64,000 nucleotides of DNA from Lingula anatina (lineage: Eukaryota; Animalia; Brachiopoda): contig CM120647.1 in the NCBI GenBank assembly GCA_051362555.1, positions 10,433,378-10,497,377 of the forward strand, written 5' to 3'. Shown here one piece after another: positions 26,752-40,200 of this stretch. The position numbers were made by a program, and so were the translations under genes. Each line of letters starts with the position of its first letter. Within the stretch, counting starts at the first letter, position 1. The notes below the pieces were generated by a model that was not told the DNA's origin, did not search any database, and worked only from the letters and a program-made list of their open reading frames with translations.

Positions 26752-27683
26752 TGTCTACTCTGAAAACTACACAATTTAAAACGTTAAAATAAGTTTTTTT
26801 AGCCATCAGATATATTGTTCTATAACTTCAACAACTCACAAACTTTTGAATTTAAATTGTGCTCTTTTTGATGCATTGTTATTGGTCGACCCTGAAAATT
26901 TCTAGTCTTTAAGTAGAAAAAGTTTTCATGTTATCAATTAATCAAAAACACACCGGCACCTATCAGAAGTCACATAGGCTGACACAGCATTTTTTGACTG
27001 AAGATTTAATTTTTTTTTTTTTTTGACATGCCAAAACTAAAAAGGGTAGAGTCATGAAATTTCCAGCATTTATAAAAAAACAATTTATCTAAAATATTTA
27101 AAATTAATTGCAATACCTCCAAAACTGCTGAAGTTATTAAACTTTGAAATAAGTAATTTTTCTATTAAGTCACCTAATTGAGACATTTTTTAAAAATATG
27201 TGATATGGTTTTAAATTGTAAATAGATAAAAACAGATACAAAATCATACTTATAAATTTAAACAATAACATAGCAAGTTTGATTGAAAACGTGGACAGTA
27301 TAAAAAATATCAAGGAAACTATAATTATAAAACTACAAGAGTACATCTATATAAACATTTATGAAGTAGAAATAATAAATAATGGTCTGTTCTGCTGTAA
27401 AATTTGTAAAATTAAAAAAAAATTAATGTATGCATAAGACATTAAAAAAAAAAAATTACATAAAATTTGAACTGAGTTATAAGACTAGTGCAATAATTAA
27501 GCAATGTTCTTGAGATGATACAAATCTTGCAAGCCCTAATCATTTATATTTGACAAAATGTATCAAGGTTTGTTACATAATTGTTTTGGTTCTGACAATT
27601 CTTAACATAAAAACATCTTAGTCTCCTCTTGTCCATTGGTCTACTGTTATGGTTGCAAATCCACTGCAGGAGTTCAATAGTTA

Positions 27684-27918
27684 GGGACCATTCCCACAGA
27701 TATTTGGATCGATCTATCTCCCTGGGGAGTCTCACTAAATTTTTGTCAACTTGACCAGCTTAAATGTCTGTCATGCCTAGTAAAGCTGTTTGGGGATAGT
27801 TATCTTTATCCCCTAGCTGATTGGGTAGGCGTGACAGACATTTAAACCGGTTATTTGATAGCAATTTAGTGAGACTCCCATGGGAGTTAGATCGATCTCT
27901 AGGCATGGGAACCCACTC
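27684..27918. mobile_element. PIF/Harbinger-type MITE overlapping the stop codon of the HELZ2-like fusion ORF
   Basis: TTA duplications at 27681-27683 and 27919-27921. Carries the family's gatcgatcta/ggggagtctcac inverted blocks seen at 31518, 36354, 46779 and 59889. Confidence 0.8.
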
Positions 27919-28249
27919 TTAGAATGTGCTGTGGTGAATGCGGATAAAAAAATTGATGTAGTTCAGCTTCTCTCACTTTCAGTTTATTTGCACAATCAGA
28001 AAGGTTTTCATCTAGTAGTGCTTTACGTAAAGTAGAATATGGACGTTTGTCCATTTCTGCCTTCAAAATAACATTTAACAGTTTCCTGTTTGCCTCAGTC
28101 ATTGGCCCATTAAATTGATCTTCTTCATAATGTTCTATCATCCCAGCGGCCACCAAATGGTTCCTCATCATTTCTGGGTTCATTGTACAAATCAAATAAC
28201 GAAAACTACTTATAATTTTCAACTTCTCAAGCTTATATCGGCATGCTTC
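27899..28249 (-). CDS. Terminal exon: CARD-like death-fold domain
   Basis: KLKIISSFRYLICTMNPEMMRNHLVAAGMIEHYEEDQF...ANRKLLNVILK...PYSTLRKALLDENLSDCANKL follows the typical CARD six-helix pattern (L..L..HL...G.I...E; N..LL..I; Y..L..AL; A..L). Confidence 0.6.
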   Translation of the reverse strand, partial: EACRYKLEKLKIISSFRYLICTMNPEMMRNHLVAAGMIEHYEEDQFNGPMTEANRKLLNVILKAEMDKRPYSTLRKALLDENLSDCANKLKVREAELHQFFYPHSPQHILRVGSHA

Positions 28250-31200
28250 CTAAAAAGGAAAATTTAAATAACTTTGTCATAATTTAAAAATCATTAATGG
28301 TTGGTATAAATCAATAAAGCCATTGACATGCATTTGTTTTTCATATGTGGCAATGATTCCCCGTTTTGTGCCATCAAATCATTCCCCTGAAGAATTACCC
28401 AATGTGCTTTTCTTAAATACATCTAAAAAAATCCATTATGTTTTATCATGATAAATTACAAGAAGAATATAATACAGTGCAAACATTGATAAGTCATTAT
28501 ATTTTCATGCAAACTCAATGGGGAATAATTCAACTAATTACCTTCACTTGGTTGATGATGTCTCCTTCAAGAAGAGCTTCATTGCATAAATCCATGCATA
28601 AGAGATACAGGCGTCTCACATCTCCCTTTAACAACGTATTGAATATGACTTCCATGGTGACAACATAGGGGATGGGACAATTTGGTGGACCATTTAGATG
28701 TTTCAAAATACCTCCCCAAACATTGACCTTTTTAAATTCATCACTTAAAGAATCCCACAATTCACATGTAATGAACTGGCTGTCAGACTGAGCTGCATAT
28801 TGTTGACCGTGTGCTGCACCATACTGAACTAGTGACCCCTCAAAGCTTTGTTCCAAAGAGATTTCAGGATTGACTGATCCAGAGACACTTTCTGCCAATT
28901 CTACAGTGTAAGGCAATTCCCTCCTAGAATCATGTTCTCCCTGTCTGACTTTTGGTCGAACATCTGGTGATTTTACTGCGGTCTGCAATGTCCCATTTGG
29001 CATCAACTGATAATGGGAGTTAATATGTTCTGACACTGAATCTCCTCTTCTTGTAAAGGATTCTTCCAGCTCTTTCCTTGTTGTTTCTTCATTTTGTGGT
29101 TTTCTTGGCCCTTCATATGGCAATTCTGAATTCCCATTCATTTCTCCATATTCCAAAGACTGTTCAAAAGCTTCTTTCCTTTGTGTATTTTCATCACGTT
29201 TGGCATTATGATTTGAAACTAAATTTCTGTATTCAGAATGATTACCATTTGGCAGTGCCTTTAAAGAATCACCAGCCATAAGGAGCTGAAAAATATTTCA
29301 ATGCATTATGCAACAGTTGAAGAAAATTATAGCATTAAAAGAGACCAATTTTCAAAGTGAAAGGACATATAGACCTCTTCAGTCCATTCGCAGATTAGAT
29401 CAAAATAACAGATTGTGCATGCAGCACCAAAAATACAAACAATATGTGATTTAATTTCATATCTTGATTTAAGACATATATCGGTAATAATTATGATACT
29501 CCACAACATCTTGCTGAAATTTTCTATGGACTAGTTTTGAAGCATACCCAATTTTTTGTGATTTAATTTTCCACACTATACTAGTATCGATTTGATCTCT
29601 AGGTTCGTTAAGTCAATTAGAGACATGGAGATTCAGCGCAAGAGAAACACTAAACAGATATACCAGAACAATTGAAAAATACAATTCTATGTGAAAAAGC
29701 TATAAAAGAATCAAGCTGGTGGTACTTATAAGAGTAACCAATTATACATGCAGATCTACCGTAAAAGGTACCTGTATAAAAAAAAGGGGGGCTCATACAT
29801 TATCAATTTACCTCTTTAAGCATCTTTGTTATTACTATTTTTTTACAGGTATTATCGTCATTTTCCAGTTGAGCTTTGTATATCTTTATCTCACACTCAA
29901 TGACACTGGGGCACTGGCCGTCAGCAGGCTCCAAACGAAATACTGCACGTGTATCTATATCTTCAACTAGATCCAAATAGCTGACTTCCTGGAATCAGCA
30001 AACAGTTCATTCACACACACACACATATATATAACAGCTAGAATAGCTAGTTATTGTTATCATACCATTTAGCCCTTATCAAATTTGTGGTGGAATTTCC
30101 AAATGTACAAATACCAAGTTGTCAAACTGTTTCCACTTGTAGATCAATAACTTCAGAAGTCCTGCAGTTATAAAGTACTGGGCAGTAATACCACTTCAGA
30201 AATTCTACATTAACACATTTGCAGGATGGAAGACTGAAAAGATCTTTAAATTATTAGAATTATGTTATTTTCTACAATAATGATCACTACAGTAAAGAAT
30301 TTAACACTGAAGTTATGTTCTTTACTACCTGAATATGATCTTCTTTTCTAGTTAATTTCCAACAGTTTTCAAATTCACCAATTTCCAGACAAAGTCCACT
30401 ACATTCCTTGTGATGTTCACACAAGTATACAATGATACAGCGATAGTCAAGATACTTGAACTGCAATTTTGACATTTCTTTTTCAAGTTTCTGCAAGAAA
30501 AATAAATGCAAAAAAATGTAAAAAGCGACTGATAAACAACTGAGCCAGCAGAGGCTGTTAAATGTACAACACTGGATCTGTAGCACTCCATTAACGTGAC
30601 AAATGACGTATTAAAAAAAATAATCCTTCATTTCTTATTCTATGTCTGTTAAAACATTAAAATATGACCAAATGTTGAGCAATTACATGAAGCAATTATG
30701 AATATACCTCTCTTTCATCTGGCAGATCTGCTATGCAGTGAACATTTAGATTAAGTTTTCGTCTTTCTACATCATACAATTGCCCATAGGCTTGCACCTG
30801 CATCTTCTTTTTGTTGCATGAGGTGCTGTGTTTGGTAAAATGGTGCAGGCCAATTATACACCTGTTGTGTAGGAACATAGAAAAATAATTGTCCTTCAGC
30901 AGTTTCCAGTCACAACATTCATCAAACCCCGTTTCTGAGCTCCAGATGTTTTTTTGGGTATTTAGTCCATGTACATCAGGAATGCAGTGACTGATGGTTA
31001 AGAAGATCATCTTTTTAAACATCAATCCATGGGGCTCACAAAATACCACAGGGGATGTTTGTGCCTGATCAGGACCAACTGGGAGCTTGTCTTGTTCTCT
31101 TCTGGTAATCCCCAGAGTTATCAATGTTTGGCTTTCTAAGGCTCCTGGTGGTACATACAAGGAAACCCCTGTTCCAGGGAGAGTCAAAATACCACCCTGC

Positions 31201-34200
31201 TCATCCACCCAGAACTGGTAATAGTATAGTTCACCAGCTATGTTGCTTTCATAGTCAAAACATGGAGGTGTTCCTGGAGTGCTCGTTCCTGAGAAGGAAA
31301 ACAAAGAATTAGCTCTATCCTAAGTAATACTATGTAAATGTCCACAATGAGGCGCATTTTTCTATATCTTGGGATTATCGCCATTGTAACTATCGGTCAT
31401 GTAGATTGGTAAAAACTCCACGGGGACTCTAGCTGAATGCAGTCAGATTAGCAGATTAAAACGCGTCCTCCTGGCATTGAGTAGAATACAGAAAAGTTGG
31501 TAATCATATATGACTAAGGGCGCATTCCAACAGATTTTAGATCGATCTATCCCCATGGGGAGTCTCACTAGATTACTGTCAGATAATCCGGCTTAAATGT
31601 CCGTCCAGCCTACTATAAGCTGTAAGGGGGTAATTAACTTTCGTGCCCGCTCGGCTGACAGCTATTTAGCAGGGAGTTAGGTCAATCTAGTGTGGATCGA
31701 TCTAATTTCTGGGAATGTGGTCTAAGTTGGAAACAAGAGCGTATGCATCTGTTAATCTGATTTCATTCAGTGAGAGTCCTCGGAAGACCAGTAGTTTCAT
31801 TGGGAATGAGTTGAGGATCCTTATTTACCTTTTCAACTTTTTCATTTAATTTTTTTAAACCATCAAAATAATAATTTCAAAGAACTCTGTTTGAAAATTA
31901 CAAGTGCAGAGATGGGTTGAGCAGTGTTTCACAAAAAAAAAAAAAAAAAAAAAAAAACGACAAATGCTCCCCCCCCCCCCCCCCATTCTGGCATGTTTAT
32001 CTCTAACTTACTATCATATGTAAACAGGTACAAGGTAGAATAAATGTTTACAAAATGGAATTTCTTACCTCTACTCTGAGAAGACAGCGAACTATTTATA
32101 GTCCCTGTGCTTGTTGATAAACTGGCCACTTCAGTATCTATATACAAAGAAATTACAGTTAAATCTGTTGAAAATCATATCAGTAACAATGAACTAATGA
32201 GCAAATAAATAATTTATAAACAAAAAAATGATAATTACAATCAACACATGCTAGTATTTGATTTTTCGTCAAATTATTTATTTTCAAAAATTATTCACTA
32301 GTTTTGCTGACATGAAATATCTTTCCTATGCCAAATTGGTCAGAATTATTCATACCACTGATATTCGGTGTCTGTGTGTGTTGAAATGACTGTCATGTGT
32401 AATATTTACCTTACCTACCTGTATAATTTTCCTCATTTAAATTCATTTTAGGTTTCACATGATCTCTAAACATTTCATGGTTTCTAAATCTGGGTGGAAG
32501 GTCTGCAATGAACTTCTTTCCTACAAGAAACAGTCATTTATGGATGCAAAATATTTAGCAGTATCACTTTATTGATTTATCAGTGTGGATGCATAAAAGG
32601 AAAGACCAGGTATTGCTATAAAATTAATTTTATAGTAATTGTAATTCATCAAAGAGATAAAATAATGATTAGTTCAAAAATATGGAAAATTCCTCTTAAA
32701 GATAGAAAATTGCCATTAAGATGAGTTCAAGAACTGTTTAAAAAGCTGTCAAGCAACTTTCCTTCTTTCTTTAGAAGCAAGTGGGCAAAATTGGACATAA
32801 TAAAACATCAAAGGATGTTTTTTGCTTTTGATGAGCCATGATCATCTTTCCTACTTGTTATATTTCACAGCAGTTTGGGGGAAAATGAAACAGACATGAA
32901 TGAATAAATTTTTTATTCAATTTAACAAAAAAATAAATAAATGAATATTTAAAAACTAAACACCCTCAAACATTTTATTTGAAAGTTGTACAAAATAACA
33001 GCATAAAAATAGATAAATAAAAGACTTATAAGATTGTTTAAATCAATTTAAGTATTAAACTTAAAAAGAAAGCAAACATCATTTTTTATTTCTTATTCAA
33101 AATAGACATTACTTACTATCTGCGAACATTTCATATTGGTCTTTAGGTGTTTTCCTCTTGGGTCTTTCTATTAGAGGCATCTCTATCTCTTCAGGGAGAA
33201 AATCCTCAGCATTTACAACACATCCCTTTTCCTGGTAATATTCCAACAGTGACTTCCATACTTTGTCAACTTTAAGCAGATTGTCATTTCCTGAAATAAT
33301 ATATCATTCACATGGAATTCCTAGTTTCCGCAGTAAAAGCTCATGTCTGAAAAATGCCTACAGACATATACTGGAGCTTTAACATCCCTTTATTCTGGAA
33401 TATATACCCAGTACCACCCAACAAATTACTGCAACCAAAACTACACTGTAAGATGCTTAATGAAAGCAGCTACTTTTTGCCTATAAATACATTGTAAACA
33501 ACTCTTTAAAATATAATAAATTTTATTTTATCAGTTAAAGCAGAAATTCTGAAATTTGTGGTTGTCACGTGACCTCCATAGATGTCTACACTCTGTAATA
33601 ATCACTTAAGAGAATATTATAAAAAAAAACTTTTTAGAAAAAAAACAAGGACTAACTTTGAATGTGGAAATGGATTCATTAACCATTGGTACGTATGGAA
33701 AAATTATCCTTTATCCTAGGAAAATCCATTGTTTGGCCAAAATGAACAGTTGTTATCTTTATAAATATCGATGTCTACCCAACTTTTTTAAAAGTGCTTA
33801 TTTTACAAAAGCTGACAAACATATTAAAGTTGAATTTTCAAGCAAGATTTTTAGGGGTCAACATGTCAAGTTATTAAGGTAGTAATTAACAGTAAATTGT
33901 CAAAATTTGGGTGTTTTTCTGAATTTGTCAGTATTAGATAGATGAAATATCAACTACATATCAGCCTATCTTAAAATAATGGAAGTTTACAAATAAACAC
34001 GTAATTTTAGCCTAATTGCTGATTTACCCCTGTGGTAGCGTGTCTGAGTTTTAAAGTAGGTTTCACTTGTCCATATATGTGTTTGATTGGCAGCTCCACT
34101 GTGCAGCTGTATATTTCCCGTACTAGATTGCTGCTAAGCCTTTCACATTCTGTGAGTAACGTCGCGCTTTCACTTGCTAAACAATACTTTTCATTTTGAA

Positions 34201-37200
34201 TTTATCAGTGAACTTAATTCTGATGATCTGTTAAAGCTTTAAAAAGCAGACATATAGATGAGACGTATATGGGCAAAGGCACTCCCCCTAGGTGTCACGT
34301 GGTGAAGAAGGCTGAGGTCACGACTAACATGGTGGCTGCTGTCAATGCATGGAGGGGGCCTCCGGTTGAAAATGTTCAATAATAATGTTGAAAATGGATG
34401 AAAGACATAGTGACAGTTACATAGGCAGTGAGTAGAGGGCTGAACCAGTTTAAATAACTAAATTTCTCAGCTTGCCAATGCAGCTCACTGATTATATAAC
34501 GTTGGAATCTCCGGGGAGCACTAAAAGGCTGATTTCTCCGCTTCAGTTTATGGCTTCAAGAGAACGATTTAGACCAGTGTCAAAATAAATTAGAACTCTC
34601 AACCGATGAAAGCTGGTATTCATTCATTAGATCTAAGGTTTGTCTGAAAGTATGTGTCTGGGATTTCATAACATCAGCTCCGTTTTCAACTTAGGCATAC
34701 TTTAGTTAGGCTAGGGGGTCTCGTTGAACTGGAAACCAAGTTTATTTTGATATCTCTGCTAATTTAACACATATCGCTAATTTGAGGCGCATTCTTGTTG
34801 ATCCCTATGAGGGCTCACAAGTCAAGCTGTCTACACATGTCCATTTGTAGTGGACTTCTAGTTTTTAAGGTGTAAAGATTATGTTGAGCACACCTATTAA
34901 GCATTATATCTCATTACGTAACGATTACATAATAAAATAAGGATATGAAATGAAGAGCTGTTGAAATAAGCTTTCTATTGATATGTAACATGTTGGTATA
35001 TCTTGGCCGGTTTAGAAGATAGCTACCCCTGTTATCTACATCCTTAAGTGTATTATCTTGAAGCTATAGTTGAGTTGGGGGAGGGTTAGGTGGTTCAAAT
35101 GCACTGCCCTTTTGGTCAGAAAGGTTGGGTCACCTAGGAGGGAGGTAAAAAGCTACTTTTTTGATAAAGTACCTGGTCTCCATTCTGAAATCACCGACTA
35201 TACAGACTTGTCTTAAATGTTGCCCTTACCAACAATAATGAGTCCCTTCTTTGCTCTTGTTAGTGCCACATTGACCTGGTTAGAGTCTATGATAAAACCA
35301 AGGTTCTTTTTGCGCCATCCAAGAGTTGGCCTCTCAAGTATATCATAGTCTGGGAGAGAACGAACTGTGCTCAGGAGTACATAGTCCCACTCCCCACCTA
35401 AAGTGATAATAAATTTTAATTACATTGGATTCCGTTCTCTACATAAAGATGTATGGTATTTTACAGCTGCAAGCTAGGCAAAGGTGGAGTATTCATGAAA
35501 AGAGCATTTAACATAATATGCTTAACAATTACATATTATATGAGTAATAATAAAACAAGTGATAACAAAATGGGTATTCATATAAAGAACGTTGAAGAAA
35601 TGATGTTGTTGAGAATAAATATATACTTCAAACTTATATTGGTGGTCATGCGCTCCATCTATTGAAGAACTAAGTAATCACAATGTACATTAAGTAAGTA
35701 ACACTAACACTTATTATGCTTTCAAAACAATCATTAAAATTTCAGTAAAGCATCAACAGTATAAATACCCTGTGCTCCTACTACAGTGCTGACATTTGGG
35801 TAAGGTATTATTTTTTCCAGTTCTTTTTTTATAGCATACACCTGAGCTTTGTACTGGGACAGGACCACAATATTGGAGGGTTCAATGTTGTGTTTTGTGA
35901 CTAGATTTTTGTACATCCGCACCTGAAAACAATTGATAACAATGTACTGGTAGGAATGCATCTGTCAAATTAAAAGTGAAAGAAATCATACAATAAATGA
36001 TTATGAATCAGGCTAGCTGTATAATAAAAGTGGAATGTTTAGCATTTTAAGTTCACACAGCAGATGATATTTATCACATAATGAAGCTTACAACATGTTT
36101 CATTTCATCTTCGTTGCTCTTAGATCTCTCACTCCCTTCACGTGTGGCAACAGGCAGGGTTGTCTCCTTTCCTTCAGTACAGCAAAATACAATAGCTTGG
36201 GGCTCGTCCCTTCCTGACCAAATTTCCAACTCTGGTGACTTTCCTTTCAGTGATGAATCTGTCTCTAGTTTTCCCCCATAAAACTTCTCTGATGGAAACT
36301 GGCATATGGTTTCATGCTAAAAGCAAAAGTATGTAAAGAGTAAATTAAGGTTAGACCCCATTTCTATAGATTAGATCGATCTACTTTAGATCAACCTAAC
36401 TCCATGGGGGTTCACGCTAAATAGCTGTCAGCCGGGCGGACAAAGTTAATTACCCCCTTACAGCTTGTAGTAGGCGGGACGGACATTTAAGCCAGATTAT
36501 CTGACAGTAATCAAGTGAGACTCCCCGCGGGGATTGATCGATCCAAAAGCTCTGGGAGTACAGCCTTAGTCTTTCAGTCTGGCAGCTAGCTAATGATGAC
36601 ATTGTTCTAATTGACACTTTTATAGAGCAAGCTAAAACATCACAATTAAAGTAATAAGTGGCAGACTGACAGCTATTCTTAAGCTTACCATTCTGTACTG
36701 AGTTTTAAGCATCATAGCCTTATAGGAGTATCTTTCAAACAATGACAAGGCAAGACCCAGATCACTTGCTGCTTTCAGAGGAACCACTGGACGTAACTGA
36801 CGATGGTCTCCGAGAAGGATTACTTGGTAAGCATTTGAAGCAACTATTGGCACCATTGTTTCTGGTTCCATGCACATTGCTGCTTCATCTATCATAAGCT
36901 GCCTGAAGTTTAAACCAGTCAATTTCTGGCTACCACTGACAGAGCAGGTACAGAGGATGACCTCCGCTTGCTGTAGAGCCTCCTGTTCTGCCTTGGCCAC
37001 TGTTGCTTTATATTTTGTCACATCTTCATGGGTTACAAGAAGAGGTTCCGTTTTGAACATCTCATCAAATTGAAGGATCTTCTTGCTATAACGGTTTGAA
37101 CATTCCCTGATCAAGTAGTGAAGACTCTGAGGTATGCAGTGAACATCAATTTCAGTGTCATCCTCTTCATCTCCATTCGTAGACATTTTTTTCCATGATC

Positions 37201-40200
37201 TCCTGTGTACAGGTTGGGTAGGAACGGGAAAATCTTGGGACACAATTGTATCACTATACACACGAACAAAGTTTGGACAAATGTTTTCCTTGTCTTTCTG
37301 GTTAAAATGATACATCATCATAGCTAAAAATAATATTATAGAAATTTAAAAAAATCAAAATTACAAAAGAAAAACAGAAAATAAATAAATTGTCCACTAC
37401 AATTTCAAAATTAATGTTACTCAAATAAAAGATTGCATTTATGCATTTAAATTAACAAAAATAGATCCATTCCTGTGACAGGTTTTGATGGTTAATGAGG
37501 TGGAAAAAGACTTAAATGAAAAAACAAAAATTTACGCTCGGCTGTTTGGGTGTGCATGCATGTGTGCATGTTAAAAGTTTTACAAAACTTTTAAAGTCAA
37601 AATAAATGAGCTGCTTTTTGTTCGACAATGTTCTGCAGAAGAATTATCAAAGTGAAGAAATCTGTAACCTACATGCTAAATGGTCCAAAGATTTGTTAGA
37701 TGGCCCACACACCAAGATCTTTGGAGAAGTGTCAGGATCTGCATTGTTCAACCCTTGTTTGTTCCATTCATTCAAGATGTACAACATGTTAAGTGCTGTC
37801 CAGGTTTTGCCAGTTCCTAGAAAATGACAGGGTTCTCCATATCATTTTTAATAAACAGTTATAATAAAGTACAATGGCTGAATATTCCATGATTTCTTGT
37901 ATGTGTCACAAAAAAAAAATTAGTAAAAAAAGTTTTCACCTACATCAGCAAGTAATTTTGATCTTGGTAAAAAGGTTTTGACTGAGTGGGGGTACTACCT
38001 TTCCCTAATACACATTCTTAGTTTCACATAAATTATTCATAGCAACTCACATTTCCAAAAGGGTTAAAAAATTCTGGTCACAGTAAGTGTCCATGTTTAT
38101 AATTCTTTCAAGTAATAAATGTTAAAATTCATAAATATGACGAATGTAGGTTTGGCATTTAATCGCACAATAAGCTTCATTTTGACGAACAAAACAAACC
38201 CCTGCATGAGCATGATAAATTTTTTACCTGGTGGCCCTTGTATGAGTGAAAAAGGAGAATTCAGTGCTTCAGTAACAGCGTTCTTCTGACTAAAGTTCAT
38301 TTTTGCAATGTATCTTTCTAGTTTCTTCTGGCTGTCTTCAATGAATTCTTTGGGCACTTTAATCCCTGTAAAAGATAAATTGAAGCTTTTGCTTAAGAGA
38401 GAACATCTGTGACATCATGGTAGCAAAGCAATTTTTTTAATCCTTAAATTCTGAAATAATATCTCAAAACCTTATATTAGTACTGATTCTGACTCCACAA
38501 AGAAACAAATTACCATTCCTTAAATAATTTAATTTGAACTGTATGGTAATAGTATCAACAAACAGCATGAGACCATAAAAACTGGCGTCTGCACTGCAAT
38601 TCACTTCTCCACAACTTTAAATTTCATTAAACTCTTTCCAGCTAGGTTCTTGCTCTTATTTACACCTAACTTACAGTGTACACCTCTTTGATAACAATAC
38701 TTCAAGTAATGTCTGCTTTGATAAATTTCTGTTGAGTGGAGATCATATAGAGAAATAATATCCTGTATTAAATTAAAAAAAAAAAAAACACATACTTACA
38801 CTTTTGATAAATTATAGTTTTGCCCCAAACCCTCTCAACTGTACCCTGTATCACATACCTTCCCTAGTTTTGTCAATATCTGATAAGTTTCCAGTTGCAA
38901 TGCCTTTTGCTAATGTAGATGCCTTGTCTAGATTCTCAATGGCATGTTCCATCCTCCTTTAAAAATAAAAAAATCAACTTCAATGTTGCACATTAGGTTA
39001 TAAAAACATCATCAACGAAAAAGGCTACATATATAGAGAGTTCATTTAACAAATTGTCACAAACATTAACATTACCATAAATAAATATCTCAACACCGTA
39101 TCTTTAATCAATATACAATATATACTCAGAAAAACAATACATACTTATCTGTTGAAGTCTTTGGAATCACTTCTAACGTACACACACTTGGCTGCTGTAG
39201 CATTTTCTCTGTAGGGTGACAAGACTTATCATGTAGCTTAAAATGAATGTAACTTCCTTGCTCTTTCACACCAGTAATCACTCCATGTCCAGTCCAGATG
39301 TAACTTTCACCTTTGTCCCTCTCCCCCATTTGTTCCCTCTCTCCATAAGTTTGTGCTGCAGCTGGAATCCTTGGGCAAATGATGCACAAATACTCTGAAA
39401 AATGCTCCAGGTCATTGGTTTCCTCGCTGTCACTTTCATCTTCATCCTCATCAGCATCAGAATCTTCCACTTCATCTCCGTTCACATCTTTCATGAAAAA
39501 AATATGTCTTTGCTTGCAAAACTCTTTACCGAGGCTAAACTGACCTTTGTATACTGGCAGATTATTTTTCTCATCTTGTATCCAAGTGATTTTAACATTG
39601 TTTATGTAAAAAGATTCATCAGACTTGACTGCTTCATAGGCAGACTCCATGGAAAGGATTGGGCGCCAAATCTGCTGGTATTCATCTATGTCACGGTAGC
39701 GTTCTTTGCTAGCCTTACTGGCCATATCCTCGAAACATATAATAGGGTTCTCTTTATGGTGCACACACAAATGAAACTGGTCAGTCAAACTCAAAATCTG
39801 TACCCTTGGACGTAGAAATCCTCGTTCAATCTCAGCTGTGAAAAATAACTTTAAAACATCTCCCCCTTTAAGCAATAGAGAAAACTGTTTGAAGTGATCA
39901 AAAATCATTCCGCCACCTGGTGATTCTGAGGTTAGATAAGGATCCACTTGCCTCCGTTTCACATTTTTCACAATTTTCTGAAGAAAATTTTTTGACCCAT
40001 CTTGGTCCCCCTTCACGAATTTGTCTAACATGATCTGCCAATCCCTGCCTGCAATCTGACGGACATGCCTTTTTGTATCAAGTTCTGTTTGGCTTACTGA
40101 TAATGCCTGGCTTTCATTTGGTATTTGGTCATAAATTCGCTTTCCCCAAGCCAGCACAGTTCTTGCTTTATTATCCTCTGGCAATTCAGGCTTTTCTTGC

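Noticed and set aside
30065-30233. Exon-like segment between the UPA exons
   Set aside because: There are stops in the required phase-0 frame and in the alternative frames. Exon 30490-30329 joins 29988-29812 cleanly without it.
33657-33730. Sequence shared with ~63209-63280
   Set aside because: This is a short degenerate dispersed repeat fragment with no definable ends and no evidence of function.
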